64,000 nt of DNA from Gracilibacter sp. BRH_c7a. GTDB lineage: Bacteria; Bacillota; Desulfitobacteriia; Desulfitobacteriales; Syntrophobotulaceae. The DNA is taken from assembly GCA_001516055.1 (NCBI GenBank), contig LOEZ01000080.1, forward strand, positions 81,091 to 145,090. The letters are read 5' to 3'. Shown here one piece after another: positions 10,025 to 20,701 of this stretch. The notes below the pieces were generated by a model. The model searched no databases, was not told the DNA's origin, and worked only from the letters and a program-made list of their open reading frames with translations. The translations under genes were made by a program, and so were the position numbers. The first letter of the stretch is position 1; each line of letters begins with the position of its first letter.

Positions 10025-10510
10025 ATGAATTTTAAAGAGATTCAAGAACTCATAAAAATTGTAGATGAATCTAATCTAACCACTGTCGAGGTGGAACAAG
10101 AAGGATTCAAAATCGTTCTGAAGAAAAAGGTAGAGAAGATTGTTGTCGCAGAAAGAACTGACTCTGCCTATCCAGGACAATTATCGCCAGGACAGATTTC
10201 AGCTAGTCAAGGACTACCAGATGGTATGACTTCAGGAAAAGCACACCAGATTACGGATCAAGAACCCGAAAACTATGAAACTATCAAATCTCCAATAGTG
10301 GGAACTTTCTATTCAAGTTCAGCACCTGGAGATCCACCGTTTGTAAGCCCGGGTGCCAAAGCAGATAAGGGGAGCACTCTCTGTATAATTGAAGCTATGA
10401 AACTAATGAATGAAATTGAAGCTGAAGAAGATGTCTTAATCCTTGAAGTATTGGTTCAAGATGGACAAATGGTTGAATATGGCCAGCCCCTTTTTAAGAT
10501 AAGTAAATAA
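10025..10510 (+). CDS. accB: Biotin carboxyl carrier protein of acetyl-CoA carboxylase
   Basis: 161 aa with the biotinylation motif EAMKLMNEI and a P/G/Q-rich linker. Confidence 0.9.
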   Translation: MNFKEIQELIKIVDESNLTTVEVEQEGFKIVLKKKVEKIVVAERTDSAYPGQLSPGQISASQGLPDGMTSGKAHQITDQEPENYETIKSPIVGTFYSSSAPGDPPFVSPGAKADKGSTLCIIEAMKLMNEIEAEEDVLILEVLVQDGQMVEYGQPLFKISK

Positions 10511-10551
10511 ATCTCCATTTGGTATTGGAGATTAAACTAGTGGAGGTTAAT

Positions 10552-10977
10552 ATGCTGTTAGGAGTCAAAGAGATCCAAGAAATAATACCTCATAGGTATC
10601 CCTTTCTTCTTATAGACGGTGTAGAAGAACTTGAAGAAGGCAAAAGAGTCGTGGCTGTGAAAAACGTTTCCATGAACGAATACTTCTTTCAGGGACATTT
10701 CCCTCAGGAGCCTGTCATGCCTGCGGTACTGATTATTGAAGCACTTGCCCAAGCCGGGGCGGTTGCCCTTCTGCGTATGGAGCAATTTAAAGGGAAAATA
10801 GCATATTTTACTGGAATTGATAAAGCAAAGATTAGAAAGAAAGTCGTCCCGGGCGACGTTCTTAAATTGGAAGTGGAAATAATTAAGATCAAAGGCCCCG
10901 CGGGCATAGGAAAGGCTATCGCCACAGTAGCTGGACAGAAAGCAGTAGAAGCGGAACTGATGTTTTTCATCAGCTAA
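10552..10977 (+). CDS. fabZ: 3-hydroxyacyl-ACP dehydratase
   Basis: ATG 10552 after [15 protein letters not shown] and FFQGHFP hotdog-fold motifs. Confidence 0.92.
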   Translation: MLLGVKEIQEIIPHRYPFLLIDGVEELEEGKRVVAVKNVSMNEYFFQGHFPQEPVMPAVLIIEALAQAGAVALLRMEQFKGKIAYFTGIDKAKIRKKVVPGDVLKLEVEIIKIKGPAGIGKAIATVAGQKAVEAELMFFIS

Positions 10978-11044
10978 GGAAGATGGCAGGAGCCACCGTA
11001 AATTGAATCAAGAATATTGTAAATTAAAAGTAGGTGGAAAAACC

Positions 11045-12391
11045 TTGTTTAATAAGATATTGGTTGCCAATAGAGGGGAGATCGCTGTCAGAGTAATCAG
11101 AGCCTGCAGGGAGATGGGAATCCAGACCGTCGCTGTCTATTCTGAGATAGATCGTCATGCCTTGCATGTAGATTTAGCAGATGAAGCTATCTGTATCGGA
11201 CCTGCTAGAGCTCGAGACAGCTACCTTAACGCGCAGAATATAATAAGCGCGACCGTTCTAACTGGGGCGGAAGCTATCCACCCCGGATTCGGATTCCTGG
11301 CGGAGAACAGCAAATTTGCTGAGATGTGCAGGGAATGCAATATTGTATTCATTGGCCCAGATCCGGAAGTAATCGAAATGATGGGCAATAAGTCTAAAGC
11401 CAGACAGATTATGACTGAAGCGGGAGTCCCTGTAGTCCCCGGGGTTAACGGTATCCTTAGAGACTTGAAGCAAGCTCTTAGTGCCGCCCAAAGCATTGGT
11501 TATCCGGTAATTCTTAAGGCTTCAGCCGGAGGCGGGGGTAAAGGAATTAGGATAGTACATGATGAAGAAGAACTAAAGAAAGCTTATGAAACTGCCAAAA
11601 CAGAAGCTAAGGCTGCTTTTAATGATGATTCCATGTACCTTGAGAAATTTCTTCTGTCTCCGAGGCACATAGAATTTCAAATTCTGGCAGATAATTATGG
11701 CAGGATAATCCATCTGGGAGAAAGAGACTGCTCGATTCAAAGGCGTAACCAGAAAGTAATAGAAGAAGCACCCTCCACTATCCTTTCGGATGAGCTAAGA
11801 AGCAAGATGGGTGAAGCTGCAGTACAAGCGGCTAAAGCGGTGGGATATAAAAATGCTGGGACAGTAGAATTCTTAGTCGATAAAAACGAAAGCTTTTATT
11901 TTATGGAGATGAATACCCGCATCCAGGTAGAGCATCCTGTCACCGAACTAGTGACCGGAGTAGACCTGGTTCAGGAACAGATTCGAATCGCTGCAGGTGA
12001 GAGATTGACCCTTAGCCAGCAAGACGTCACCATCCAAGGACATGCCATAGAGTGCAGGATAAACGCTGAGAACCCATCTAAAGGGTTCAGACCTTCTCCA
12101 GGCAAGGTAGATATACAATTATGGCCGGGTGGCAGCGGAGTCAGGTTAGATAGTGCGCTCTACAACGGCTATGAGATTCCTCCTACTTATGACTCTATGA
12201 TTGCTAAGCTTATATGTTATGGGCGCGACAGAGATGAAGCTCTTAAAAAGATGCGCAGGGCTCTGGACGAATTTATTATTGAAGGAATCGATACAAATAT
12301 CGAATTTATTTTTGATATTCTTAGTCATGAAAAATTCATTAATGGTGAAGTCGACACCTCATTTATAAACAGGGAATTCAATATTAGCTGA
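11045..12391 (+). CDS. accC: Biotin carboxylase subunit of acetyl-CoA carboxylase
   Basis: TTG 11045 behind AGGTGG gives the typical start (M)FNKILVANRGEIAVR. ATP-grasp motifs GGGGKGIR and EMNTRIQVEHPVTE. Confidence 0.92.
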   Translation: MFNKILVANRGEIAVRVIRACREMGIQTVAVYSEIDRHALHVDLADEAICIGPARARDSYLNAQNIISATVLTGAEAIHPGFGFLAENSKFAEMCRECNIVFIGPDPEVIEMMGNKSKARQIMTEAGVPVVPGVNGILRDLKQALSAAQSIGYPVILKASAGGGGKGIRIVHDEEELKKAYETAKTEAKAAFNDDSMYLEKFLLSPRHIEFQILADNYGRIIHLGERDCSIQRRNQKVIEEAPSTILSDELRSKMGEAAVQAAKAVGYKNAGTVEFLVDKNESFYFMEMNTRIQVEHPVTELVTGVDLVQEQIRIAAGERLTLSQQDVTIQGHAIECRINAENPSKGFRPSPGKVDIQLWPGGSGVRLDSALYNGYEIPPTYDSMIAKLICYGRDRDEALKKMRRALDEFIIEGIDTNIEFIFDILSHEKFINGEVDTSFINREFNIS

Positions 12392-12541
12392 TACATATTC
12401 ATTTAATATTCTTGTTTTAAAGAGAATGGGGCTTAGTGCTAAGATAGTGCTATTAAAGGTTAGTGTTTAGGCCGGATGGAATGAATTGCATTAATATGCT
12501 AAAATCACTATAAGTAGTATAAAATATATCGGTTGGTGCAA

Positions 12542-13420
12542 ATGTTTAAGTTTAATAAAGTTTTTAAGAAACCACGTTATCTGGTTCTACAACAAAATTT
12601 ACAGCAGGAAACTCCAGCAGAGAAAGCTGTTGTTCCTGCTATTCCTAACGGACTCTGGATTAAATGTGCCGGATGCTCAGAGACTATTTACAATAAAGAT
12701 TTTTGTCAAAACTATAAAGTCTGTGAGAATTGTGGCTATCATTATAGGATGGACTCCAGGGAAAGATTAGATTTAGTGATGGATACCGGGACTTTTAAAG
12801 AGATTAACCCAGACCTTAAAAGTGGGAATCCCTTGGATTTTGAAGGTTATGAAGAGAAACTCAATACCTATCAGGAGCAAACAGAACTATCGGAAGCCGT
12901 GGTCACCGGTTATGGTAAGATTCATGGACTTGATGCAGTAGTTGTTGTTATGGATAGCAGCTTCATGATGGGTAGTATGGGTTCGGTTGTAGGAGAAAAG
13001 ATAACAAGGGCTTTTGAGTTGGCCACATCTAAAGGGATGCCCATCGTTGTCTTTACGGCCTCAGGAGGAGCCAGAATGCAGGAAGGGATGATTTCCTTAA
13101 TGCAGATGGCCAAGACTTCTGCAGCAGTTTCCAGACACGATCAGGCGGGTGGACTCTATATAACAGTTTTAACAGATCCCACTACCGGAGGGGTAACAGC
13201 CAGTTTCGCCATGTTAGGAGATATTATCCTAGCAGAACCGGGGGCCTTGATTGGGTTTGCCGGCAAACGAGTAATTGAACAAACCATTAAGCAACAGCTC
13301 CCTGACGGATTCCAGACAGCTGAATTTCTGCAGGAACACGGATTTATAGATAAGATAGTAACCAGAGAGAATTTGAAACTGACCTTATCCCGTCTGATTA
13401 AACTACATCAGAATAGGTAA
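12542..13420 (+). CDS. accD: Acetyl-CoA carboxylase carboxyltransferase beta subunit
   Basis: N-terminal Zn ribbon CAGC...CENCGYH, then GGARMQEG. Confidence 0.92.
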   Translation: MFKFNKVFKKPRYLVLQQNLQQETPAEKAVVPAIPNGLWIKCAGCSETIYNKDFCQNYKVCENCGYHYRMDSRERLDLVMDTGTFKEINPDLKSGNPLDFEGYEEKLNTYQEQTELSEAVVTGYGKIHGLDAVVVVMDSSFMMGSMGSVVGEKITRAFELATSKGMPIVVFTASGGARMQEGMISLMQMAKTSAAVSRHDQAGGLYITVLTDPTTGGVTASFAMLGDIILAEPGALIGFAGKRVIEQTIKQQLPDGFQTAEFLQEHGFIDKIVTRENLKLTLSRLIKLHQNR

Positions 13421-13445
13421 CAAACGAGTACTTGGGAGTGTTTCT

Positions 13446-14390
13446 ATGATTGAGCGTGAAAAGGATATTGTGGAATTGAGTAAAAAAATTGATGAATTAA
13501 AAGAGTTTGCTCAAGAGAAACAAACTGACTTCTCATCCGAGATAGAATTATTAGAGGATAAATTAACAACTATGAGAGCACAAGTTCTGCAAAATCTGAC
13601 CCCAATGGACAAACTTACCCTCTCCCGGATGGTTGAAAGACCAACGTCTTTAGACTATATCGAGAGAGTATTTGATGTATTCATCGAACTTCACGGTGAC
13701 CGTCAGTTTAGAGATGACCCCTGTATTGTTGGAGGCATCGCCAGGCTGGGTAAACTTCCTGTTACTGTTATAGGTCAACAAAAAGGCAGGAACACCAAAG
13801 AGAATGTCCAAAGGAACTTTGGCATGCCTAACCCAGAAGGATTTCGTAAGGCTTTGAGACTTATGAAGCAAGCAGAGAAATTCCAACGTCCCCTGATTTG
13901 TTTCATAGACACTCCGGGAGCTTATCCAGGGATCGGAGCAGAAGAAAGAGGTCAAGGAGAGGCAATCGCTAGAAATTTGATAGAGATGGTTAACTTAAAA
14001 ATTCCTGTTATTTCTATCGTTATAGGTGAGGGTGGCAGCGGAGGAGCTTTAGCGCTTTCTGTAGCTGATGAGATTTGGATGCTGGAGCATTCGGTCTACT
14101 CAGTACTTTCTCCTGAGGGATTTGCCAGTATTCTTTGGAAGGATTCTTCCCGAGCTAAAGAAGCGGCTGAAATGATGAAGATAACTGCTCAGGATCTTAA
14201 ACAACTGGAGATTATTGACCGCATCTTGCAGGAACCTTCAGGTGGGGCCCATACTGATCCCCAGGCTATGGCGAATGTTATCAGACAATACCTATTGGAA
14301 GTCCCTTTCCAAGAGATGAAAAAAGATATACCCAAAATGGTAGCTCAGAGGTTCGACAAGTACAGAAAGATAGGAGCCTATATGGAGTAA
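13446..14390 (+). CDS. accA: Acetyl-CoA carboxylase carboxyltransferase alpha subunit
   Basis: Motifs [10 protein letters not shown] and [10 protein letters not shown]. Confidence 0.92.
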   Translation: MIEREKDIVELSKKIDELKEFAQEKQTDFSSEIELLEDKLTTMRAQVLQNLTPMDKLTLSRMVERPTSLDYIERVFDVFIELHGDRQFRDDPCIVGGIARLGKLPVTVIGQQKGRNTKENVQRNFGMPNPEGFRKALRLMKQAEKFQRPLICFIDTPGAYPGIGAEERGQGEAIARNLIEMVNLKIPVISIVIGEGGSGGALALSVADEIWMLEHSVYSVLSPEGFASILWKDSSRAKEAAEMMKITAQDLKQLEIIDRILQEPSGGAHTDPQAMANVIRQYLLEVPFQEMKKDIPKMVAQRFDKYRKIGAYME

Positions 14391-15187
14391 TGAGTAACCT
14401 TAATCAGAAAGATATTCAAAAACATCTAACCACCTCCATCCTGGGCCGGAAAATAATTTGCCTGGATATGGTTAACTCTACTAATAGTGAAGCAAAGAGT
14501 AGGGCACCTGAAGCGGTAGAAGGGACTATTATACTGAGCGAAGAGCAGACAGCTGGAAGAGGACGTCATGGGCGCCAATGGATTTCTCCCAAGGGTAAGG
14601 GTATTTGGATGTCTCTAATTCTTAGACCTCGAATTAATGCCCAAAAAGTTCCCCAGATTACTCAAATCGCAGCTGCAGCACTCTTCTTGGCTCTTAATCA
14701 GATGGGGATAAAGAAGGTAGAGATTAAATGGCCCAATGATATTCTGGTTAATGGTCGTAAGCTAAGTGGTATTCTCACCGAAATGCAGAGTAAAGGAAAT
14801 GCAGTTGACCACGTAATCTTGGGAATCGGCCTTAATGTAAACATGAACAGACAGGACTTTCCGGAAGATCTTCAGCAACAAGCTACATCTCTTTATCTGG
14901 AAACAGGAAAAGTATGGGGACGCTCACAATTGATTGCCGAGATTATCAATGCTTTTGAGCCATTATATATGCAATATGTTAAAGCTGGGGACTTGAGCTC
15001 AACCTTAAACATCTGTAAAGAGGAATCGGCTGTTATAGGAGCTCGTGTTCTCCTGCATAATCAAAATCTTGAACAAGAAGCGGAAGTGCTTGACTTAGGT
15101 CCCGAGGGAGAATTAATCGTCAGAACAGCCGATGGAACAATAACATCCATAGTTACAGGAGAGGTTTCCCTCAGAGTATTGCACTGA
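14390..15187 (+). CDS. birA: Biotin-[acetyl-CoA-carboxylase] ligase (group I, no N-terminal HTH)
   Basis: GRGRHGRQW biotin-binding motif. At 265 aa there is no DNA-binding domain. Its ATG overlaps the accA stop (TAATG). Confidence 0.88.
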   Translation: MSNLNQKDIQKHLTTSILGRKIICLDMVNSTNSEAKSRAPEAVEGTIILSEEQTAGRGRHGRQWISPKGKGIWMSLILRPRINAQKVPQITQIAAAALFLALNQMGIKKVEIKWPNDILVNGRKLSGILTEMQSKGNAVDHVILGIGLNVNMNRQDFPEDLQQQATSLYLETGKVWGRSQLIAEIINAFEPLYMQYVKAGDLSSTLNICKEESAVIGARVLLHNQNLEQEAEVLDLGPEGELIVRTADGTITSIVTGEVSLRVLH

Positions 15188-15285
15188 TAAGGTAAGCTTA
15201 GAGATCTGTTGTTCTTGTGGGGATAGGATACAACTTGGAATTATGATTTGGAAATAATAGATATTGAATCGGAGGTAGTCTTAAA

Positions 15286-15909
15286 ATGTATAACGTAGGA
15301 ATCTTGGAAAGTTATCGACAAAAACGCTTCTCTTTCTTCCAATGGCAACGGCAGTCAAGCTTAACAGCAAAAATAGTTATGGCTTTCAGTATGGCTGCCG
15401 TCACAGGATTGCTGGCTCAGGTTAAATTCTATTTACCTTTTACACCAGTACCCATCGTAGCTACCCAACTAGGAGTGATTCTGGCGGCAGTTCTCCTAGG
15501 AAGAAATTGGGGCGGCCTAAGCATGATCATTTATGCTTTAGGAGGATTCGCTGGAATACCTTGGTTTGCTGACCTCAATGGAGGTTTAGCGGCACTAACC
15601 GGACCCACTACGGGTTATATTATAGGATTTATCCTAGCCGCATTTTTCATGGGTCATCTTTATGATACGCAAGTCGAAAAGCGTCGGACTTTATCGGTCA
15701 CAGGAATAATAATCTTTGCTCAATTAGTACTGGTATATGTGCCAGGTCTGATTTACCTGGCCTTCTGGCTAAAGCTTGTAAGTGGTCAAACTATTTCCTT
15801 AGCCTCTGTCCTTTTGATGGGTTATGTACCTTTCATTTTCATAGATATCCTCAAATCTCTGGTTGGGGCAACAGTGGCAAAAGCTTTATTGCCAATGGAA
15901 GAATACTAG
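15286..15909 (+). CDS. bioY: Biotin ECF-transporter S component
   Basis: 207-aa protein with about 6 TM helices immediately after birA. BioY-like features (FTPVPI, GGxxG). Confidence 0.8.
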   Translation: MYNVGILESYRQKRFSFFQWQRQSSLTAKIVMAFSMAAVTGLLAQVKFYLPFTPVPIVATQLGVILAAVLLGRNWGGLSMIIYALGGFAGIPWFADLNGGLAALTGPTTGYIIGFILAAFFMGHLYDTQVEKRRTLSVTGIIIFAQLVLVYVPGLIYLAFWLKLVSGQTISLASVLLMGYVPFIFIDILKSLVGATVAKALLPMEEY

Positions 15910-15960
15910 GTATTATCGTAAATGACATGAAGTGTGGGTATAAGGCACAGAAAATAGCAA

Positions 15961-16009
15961 GGGGTGTAACGAAAACCGAGTTTTTCGTTACACCCCCTAT
16001 GTTTTTTTT
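15961..16009 (+). terminator. Strong Rho-independent terminator ending the fab-acc-birA-bioY operon
   Basis: 15-bp stem GGGGTGTAACGAAAA / TTTTCGTTACACCCC followed by a T8 run. Confidence 0.85.
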
Positions 16010-16174
16010 GAAAGATATCATTAGATAATAATCATTTGTGAAATTAATCTTAATTTGAAAGTTATCTGATAGTAATATACAATTAAATCGATAAAAAGAT
16101 ATTTTTGAGAAATTAACGGAATTTATAGCACTATTTGTTGAATAATTAGGAAATTAGTTAAAGGGAAGATAAAT

Positions 16175-17647
16175 ATGGATAATAACCTTTCACTTTTAAA
16201 TAAGGATTATTTGCAACTATCTCATGAAGATAACTGTAATTGTATATTTTGTCAGCAACAGATTCAAGGTGTCGAGAGGTTTCTTTGTTTAGCGACAGAT
16301 ATTTTTTGTTTAATCGACCTTAAAGGCAGGATACAGTGGATTAACGCTGCTATGGAGAAGTCATTGGGCTATAGTCCTGAAGAAATGAAGAACATGGATT
16401 TTTTTTCACTTATCCATCCGGATGATAGAGTAGATGCGCTTGGCGTAATAGATCAAGTTGCCAAAGACCATCTAAGTCTGCCAATAGAAGTACGATTATC
16501 CCTTAAGAACGAAATATACAGGTACTATGAATGGTATGTTTACCTTGATTCTCATAACCAACTTTATTATTCAGTTGCCAGGGATATTAGTACGAGTAAA
16601 GAATACGAAGAAAAACTATTGAGATTGAATACGATAGTTGAGTCTTCTTTGGATGCTATCTATGCTATAGATCAGGATGGACGCATCATGAGCTGGAACA
16701 ATGCTGCAGAACAAATATTTGGCTATAGTAAAGAAGAGATTATCGGGCAATCCATTAATTTATTGGCCTTCCCTGAGCAGAAAGATGAGATGGACAATAT
16801 CATTAGAATTATCCGTAATGGGGAGACATATAGCTACGAGAGCATAAGACATAGGAAAACAGGAGAGGTCGTAGTTGTCTTTATTACTTTGGCACCTATT
16901 AAAGATAGCGTGGGCAGAGTGATAGGGACTTCAGCGGTGGCTCGCGATATCACAGCGCATCAGAAATTTGAGAAAGAGATAGCTCATTTAGATAAACTTA
17001 ATACTATAGCTGAACTTGCATCAGTTATCAGCCATGAAGTGAGAAACCCGATGACTACGGTCAAAGGTTTCCTGCAACTTCTATATAACAAGATAAACGA
17101 TAAAACTTTTAAGGAATATTTTGAAATAATGATAGAAGAGATGGAGAGAGTGAACTCCATACTCCAGGAATTCAATAACATAGGTAAACATAAAGAAAGC
17201 CAGAGAACTCGGCATGATCTGAATCATATTATTAAGAGTATGACTCCCCTTTTAGAAGCTGACGCCATCCATCAAGGAAAGATGATCAAGTTCGACTTAA
17301 AAGAAGTGCCCAATCTAATTATCGATGCTAATGAAATCCGTCAACTAATCCTTAACCTGACACGCAATGCGCTGGAATCCATGGAGCAGAATGGACGGGT
17401 TATTGTTGGAACCTACTTTGATGATAAGAAGGCCATCTTATCTGTTCAAGATCAAGGTGAAGGAATTGCTTCTGAGAACCTTGAAAAGTTGGGGACGCCA
17501 TTTTTTAGTACCAAGGAAGAGGGAACCGGCTTAGGACTATATGTATGTTTCGAAATAGCGCAACGTAACAATGCCAGAATTAATGTTGATACAAGTCACC
17601 AAGGGACTACTATCTCTGTAGAATTTGAAGATATCTTCCATGATTAA
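16175..17647 (+). CDS. Cytoplasmic PAS-PAS sensor histidine kinase (orphan, sporulation-kinase-like)
   Basis: Two PAS modules, H-box SHEVRNPMT, N box NLTRNALES, G boxes DQGEGI and GTGLGL. No TM segment and no adjacent response regulator. Confidence 0.85.
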   Translation: MDNNLSLLNKDYLQLSHEDNCNCIFCQQQIQGVERFLCLATDIFCLIDLKGRIQWINAAMEKSLGYSPEEMKNMDFFSLIHPDDRVDALGVIDQVAKDHLSLPIEVRLSLKNEIYRYYEWYVYLDSHNQLYYSVARDISTSKEYEEKLLRLNTIVESSLDAIYAIDQDGRIMSWNNAAEQIFGYSKEEIIGQSINLLAFPEQKDEMDNIIRIIRNGETYSYESIRHRKTGEVVVVFITLAPIKDSVGRVIGTSAVARDITAHQKFEKEIAHLDKLNTIAELASVISHEVRNPMTTVKGFLQLLYNKINDKTFKEYFEIMIEEMERVNSILQEFNNIGKHKESQRTRHDLNHIIKSMTPLLEADAIHQGKMIKFDLKEVPNLIIDANEIRQLILNLTRNALESMEQNGRVIVGTYFDDKKAILSVQDQGEGIASENLEKLGTPFFSTKEEGTGLGLYVCFEIAQRNNARINVDTSHQGTTISVEFEDIFHD

Positions 17648-17651
17648 GATA

Positions 17652-17852
17652 TCATTTTCTTCTAAACATGTTCTGTATTCTGTTCCAATACATTTTCAAA
17701 GCAAACGGAATTGCGACCATTGCTGCAATAATTGACTGTAAAATTAGACTTCCTGTACCAGGATCAAGATAACCATATGCTGGTTTCGAAACAAAAGTGA
17801 TCAGAATAACTACTAAAGCAGACATGAACTTAAGGTGGTCTGATTTAAACAT
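17652..17852 (-). CDS. Small membrane protein (66 aa)
   Basis: AAGGAG RBS 8 nt upstream of the ATG. Two hydrophobic helices flanking the GYLDPGTGS motif. Confidence 0.5.
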   Translation of the reverse strand: MFKSDHLKFMSALVVILITFVSKPAYGYLDPGTGSLILQSIIAAMVAIPFALKMYWNRIQNMFRRK

Positions 17853-17929
17853 TTTAATAATCTCCTTAGTATTTAAAAATGTTTTTATTAAATTGTAAAG
17901 AAGGTTTACGACTTTTTTTATTTTAAGAA

Positions 17930-18151
17930 TTAATGATTTTTATTAATAAAAACCGCAGTAACTATTGTTGATTTTGAATCATCTTTAAAGATTGTCCAGA
18001 ATAATCCCTGTAATAATAAGGAGAATACAACAGCAAATGATATTGGTGCCAGCAGCTGATTTATAGTAAGTATTTCTATATTATGTGTGTATAAAAATAT
18101 TATTGGATATACTGAGATGAAGCTAGTGATCAGTAGTGATAGCGGTTTCAT
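17930..18151 (-). CDS. Small membrane protein (73 aa), possibly an N-terminal remnant of a larger membrane enzyme
   Basis: Two TM helices and a weak RBS. It resembles the N-terminus of polytopic membrane proteins but stops after 73 codons. Confidence 0.35.
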   Translation of the reverse strand: MKPLSLLITSFISVYPIIFLYTHNIEILTINQLLAPISFAVVFSLLLQGLFWTIFKDDSKSTIVTAVFINKNH

Positions 18152-18195
18152 GCAAACTCTATTTCCTTTCTTGGTTAGATAGCTTATTTAGGGAG

Positions 18196-18246
18196 TTGAC
18201 TACTAGATGTAGTGTTGGTAATATAATATGATACTAAGTCTAGATA
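18196..18246 (+). promoter_or_regulatory. nrdJ promoter (TTGACT-17-TAATAT) with tandem NrdR boxes
   Basis: Box 1 CTACTAGATGTAGTGT (18200-18215) matches acaCwAtATaTwGtgt at about 12/16. Box 2 ATACTAAGTCTAGATA (18231-18246) is weaker. Centre-to-centre spacing is 31 bp, the spacing typical for NrdR boxes. Confidence 0.6.
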
Positions 18247-18280
18247 TTTATGAAACAGAAAAGAAAGTTGGGGGATTTGA

Positions 18281-20635
18281 TTGAGTAGTACTGGACAATT
18301 GCCGGAATCATGGCCAAAAGTGAATCTTATGCCTAATGCTCGCGTAGTCTTAGAGCGTAGATATTTGAAACAAGAAAATGGGCAAGTCATTGAAACACCG
18401 GAAGAGATGTTATTTAGAGTTGCAGCCGTTGTAGCAGGCATCGAAGAAAAGTATGGGAAAAACGAAGAGGAAATCTTAGAATTGGCCGAAGAATATTATA
18501 AAATCATGGCCAATCTGGAATTTATGCCGAATTCCCCAACATTAATGAATGCTGGCAGAGATTTGGGACAATTAAGTGCTTGCTTCGTGCTTCCGGTTGA
18601 AGATAGCATGGAAGATATCTTTGATGCGATTAAAAATGCGGCAATCATACATAAATCGGGTGGAGGAACAGGATTTAGTTTTTCCCGTTTGCGTCAGAAG
18701 AACAGCGCAGTTCGCACAACAGGAGGGGTAGCTTCCGGTCCGGTATCTTTTATGAAGGTATTTAATTCTGCTACAGAAGCAGTAAAACAGGGAGGAACCA
18801 GACGGGGAGCTAATATGGGGATTCTCCGAGTTGATCACCCTGACATCTTGGAGTTTATCAACTGCAAAGAGGATAATAAAGAAATTACCAACTTTAATAT
18901 ATCTGTTGCAGTAACAGATAAGTTCATGGCAGCTGTCTATGCTGATTTGAACTATGACTTGATTGATCCACATACAGAGAACCCGGTAGGACAGCTATCA
19001 GCCAGAGAAGTATTTGCCAAGATTGTTGACAATGCCTGGAGTAACGGTGAACCGGGAATCGTGTTTATAGACCGCTTAAATAGGGATAACCCCACCCCGA
19101 AAGTAGGGGAGATTGAAGCAACTAATCCCTGTGGGGAACAACCTTTATTACCAAATGAAGCCTGTAATCTTGGTTCAATCAATCTTAAAAAAATGGTAAC
19201 TGAGAAAGATGGAAAGGCAACAATAAATTGGGAACGTTTAAGCTATCTAATAAAGCTATCCGTTCGCTTCCTAGATGATGTCATCGATGCCAATCAGTAT
19301 CCGTTGAGAGTAATCGATCAAATGGTCAAAAGTAATCGCAAAATAGGCCTTGGCGTTATGGGCTTCGCTGATATGATGATCCTGCTCCAGACTTCCTATG
19401 CTTCAGATGAGGCTGTGGAATATGCTGAGAAAATAATGCGTTTTATTCAGACAGAAGCTCGTCTGGAGTCACAACGTTTAGCGAAAGAAAGAGGAGTCTT
19501 TCCAAACTATCAAGGTTCCATCTATGATGGCCAAATAGAACTACGAAATGCGACGCTGACCACGATTGCACCTACAGGAACCATATCCATGATCTGTAGC
19601 GCTTCCAGTGGAGTTGAACCGCTCTTTGCGGTTGCTTATACCAAAACAGTCATGGACGGGACTTCGTTGATTGAAGTGAATCCTCTCTTTGAGCAATATG
19701 CCAAGGAGTATGATTTTTATTCTCCTGAGCTAATGGCCCAAATAGCTCAGCAGGGAACTGTAATAGGAATAGCTGGGGTTCCAGATTGGGTACAATCCGT
19801 ATTTGTTACCGCGCAAGAAATTGAGCCTGAATGGCATATCCGGATTCAGGCCGCTTTTCAAAAGTATACCGACAATGCAGTATCCAAGACCATTAATTTT
19901 GCTCATTCAGCCACAAGACAAGATGTAGCAAAAGTATATAATTTAGCCTACGAACTTGGATGTAAAGGGATTACAGTTTATAGAGATGGCAGCCGTGATG
20001 AACAAGTACTTTCTACCGGAACCCAAAGCTCGACCACAAATCCAGATGATGATAATGAAAAGAAATCATATATTCCAGAGGCCAATTCTATTATTCCTAG
20101 ACCTAGGCCTGCTGTAACATTAGGAGTTACAGAGAAAATTAAAATTGGCTGTGGAAATCTTTACGTTAGTGTAAATGCGGACGACAAGAGTATCTGTGAG
20201 GTATTTACTAATACGGGAAGGGCTGGTGGATGTGCGTCTCAGTCTGAGGCTACTGCCAGGCTGATTTCTATCGCCATGCGCTCCGGTATCTCAGTAGATG
20301 CTATCCTAGAGCAGATTCGTGGAATACGCTGTCCAGCTTGTATCAGAAGAGAAGGAGTAAACGTTACTTCTTGTCCTGATGCCATAGCTAGAGTAATTAA
20401 AAAGTATCGAGAAGATGGTCTTAATGGAGTAAATGGAGGAAATGGAAATTCTACCGTTGGTCAGGAAAACGAATCTGTTTTATCAACTGGGTTAGGAAAA
20501 ACAGAAAAAGCTGTAAGAAGAAAAGCACAGGTAGGAGTAGCGGTGGATAACGCCTGTCCTGAATGTGCAATGCCCATTAATCACGATAGTGGCTGTGTAG
20601 TCTGTGTGCACTGTGGATACTCTAAATGTGGGTAA
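18281..20635 (+). CDS. nrdJ: Adenosylcobalamin-dependent ribonucleoside reductase (class II) with C-terminal Zn ribbon
   Basis: 784 aa. RNR barrel motifs (NPCGEQPL, TIAPTGT), the class II C-terminal TSCPD-type domain (CPACIRREGVNVTSCPDAIA) and a terminal CPEC...CVHCG ribbon. TTG start. Confidence 0.9.
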   Translation: MSSTGQLPESWPKVNLMPNARVVLERRYLKQENGQVIETPEEMLFRVAAVVAGIEEKYGKNEEEILELAEEYYKIMANLEFMPNSPTLMNAGRDLGQLSACFVLPVEDSMEDIFDAIKNAAIIHKSGGGTGFSFSRLRQKNSAVRTTGGVASGPVSFMKVFNSATEAVKQGGTRRGANMGILRVDHPDILEFINCKEDNKEITNFNISVAVTDKFMAAVYADLNYDLIDPHTENPVGQLSAREVFAKIVDNAWSNGEPGIVFIDRLNRDNPTPKVGEIEATNPCGEQPLLPNEACNLGSINLKKMVTEKDGKATINWERLSYLIKLSVRFLDDVIDANQYPLRVIDQMVKSNRKIGLGVMGFADMMILLQTSYASDEAVEYAEKIMRFIQTEARLESQRLAKERGVFPNYQGSIYDGQIELRNATLTTIAPTGTISMICSASSGVEPLFAVAYTKTVMDGTSLIEVNPLFEQYAKEYDFYSPELMAQIAQQGTVIGIAGVPDWVQSVFVTAQEIEPEWHIRIQAAFQKYTDNAVSKTINFAHSATRQDVAKVYNLAYELGCKGITVYRDGSRDEQVLSTGTQSSTTNPDDDNEKKSYIPEANSIIPRPRPAVTLGVTEKIKIGCGNLYVSVNADDKSICEVFTNTGRAGGCASQSEATARLISIAMRSGISVDAILEQIRGIRCPACIRREGVNVTSCPDAIARVIKKYREDGLNGVNGGNGNSTVGQENESVLSTGLGKTEKAVRRKAQVGVAVDNACPECAMPINHDSGCVVCVHCGYSKCG

Positions 20636-20645
20636 TTAGAAAATA

Positions 20646-20674
20646 TTGTCAGCCATATTTAAATTTGTTACAAT
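20646..20674 (+). promoter_or_regulatory. Sigma-A type promoter for the cupin gene
   Basis: TTGTCA (20646-20651), 17-nt spacer, TACAAT (20669-20674), 27 nt upstream of the ATG. Confidence 0.5.
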
Positions 20675-20701
20675 GATTTAAAAGTACAAGGAGGCAACAA
20701 G

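Noticed and set aside
18152-18280. Cobalamin riboswitch upstream of the B12-dependent RNR
   Set aside because: The leader is only about 55 nt from the predicted -10 to the start codon. It lacks a B12 box (GCCACTG-like) or conserved stems. NrdR boxes explain the region.
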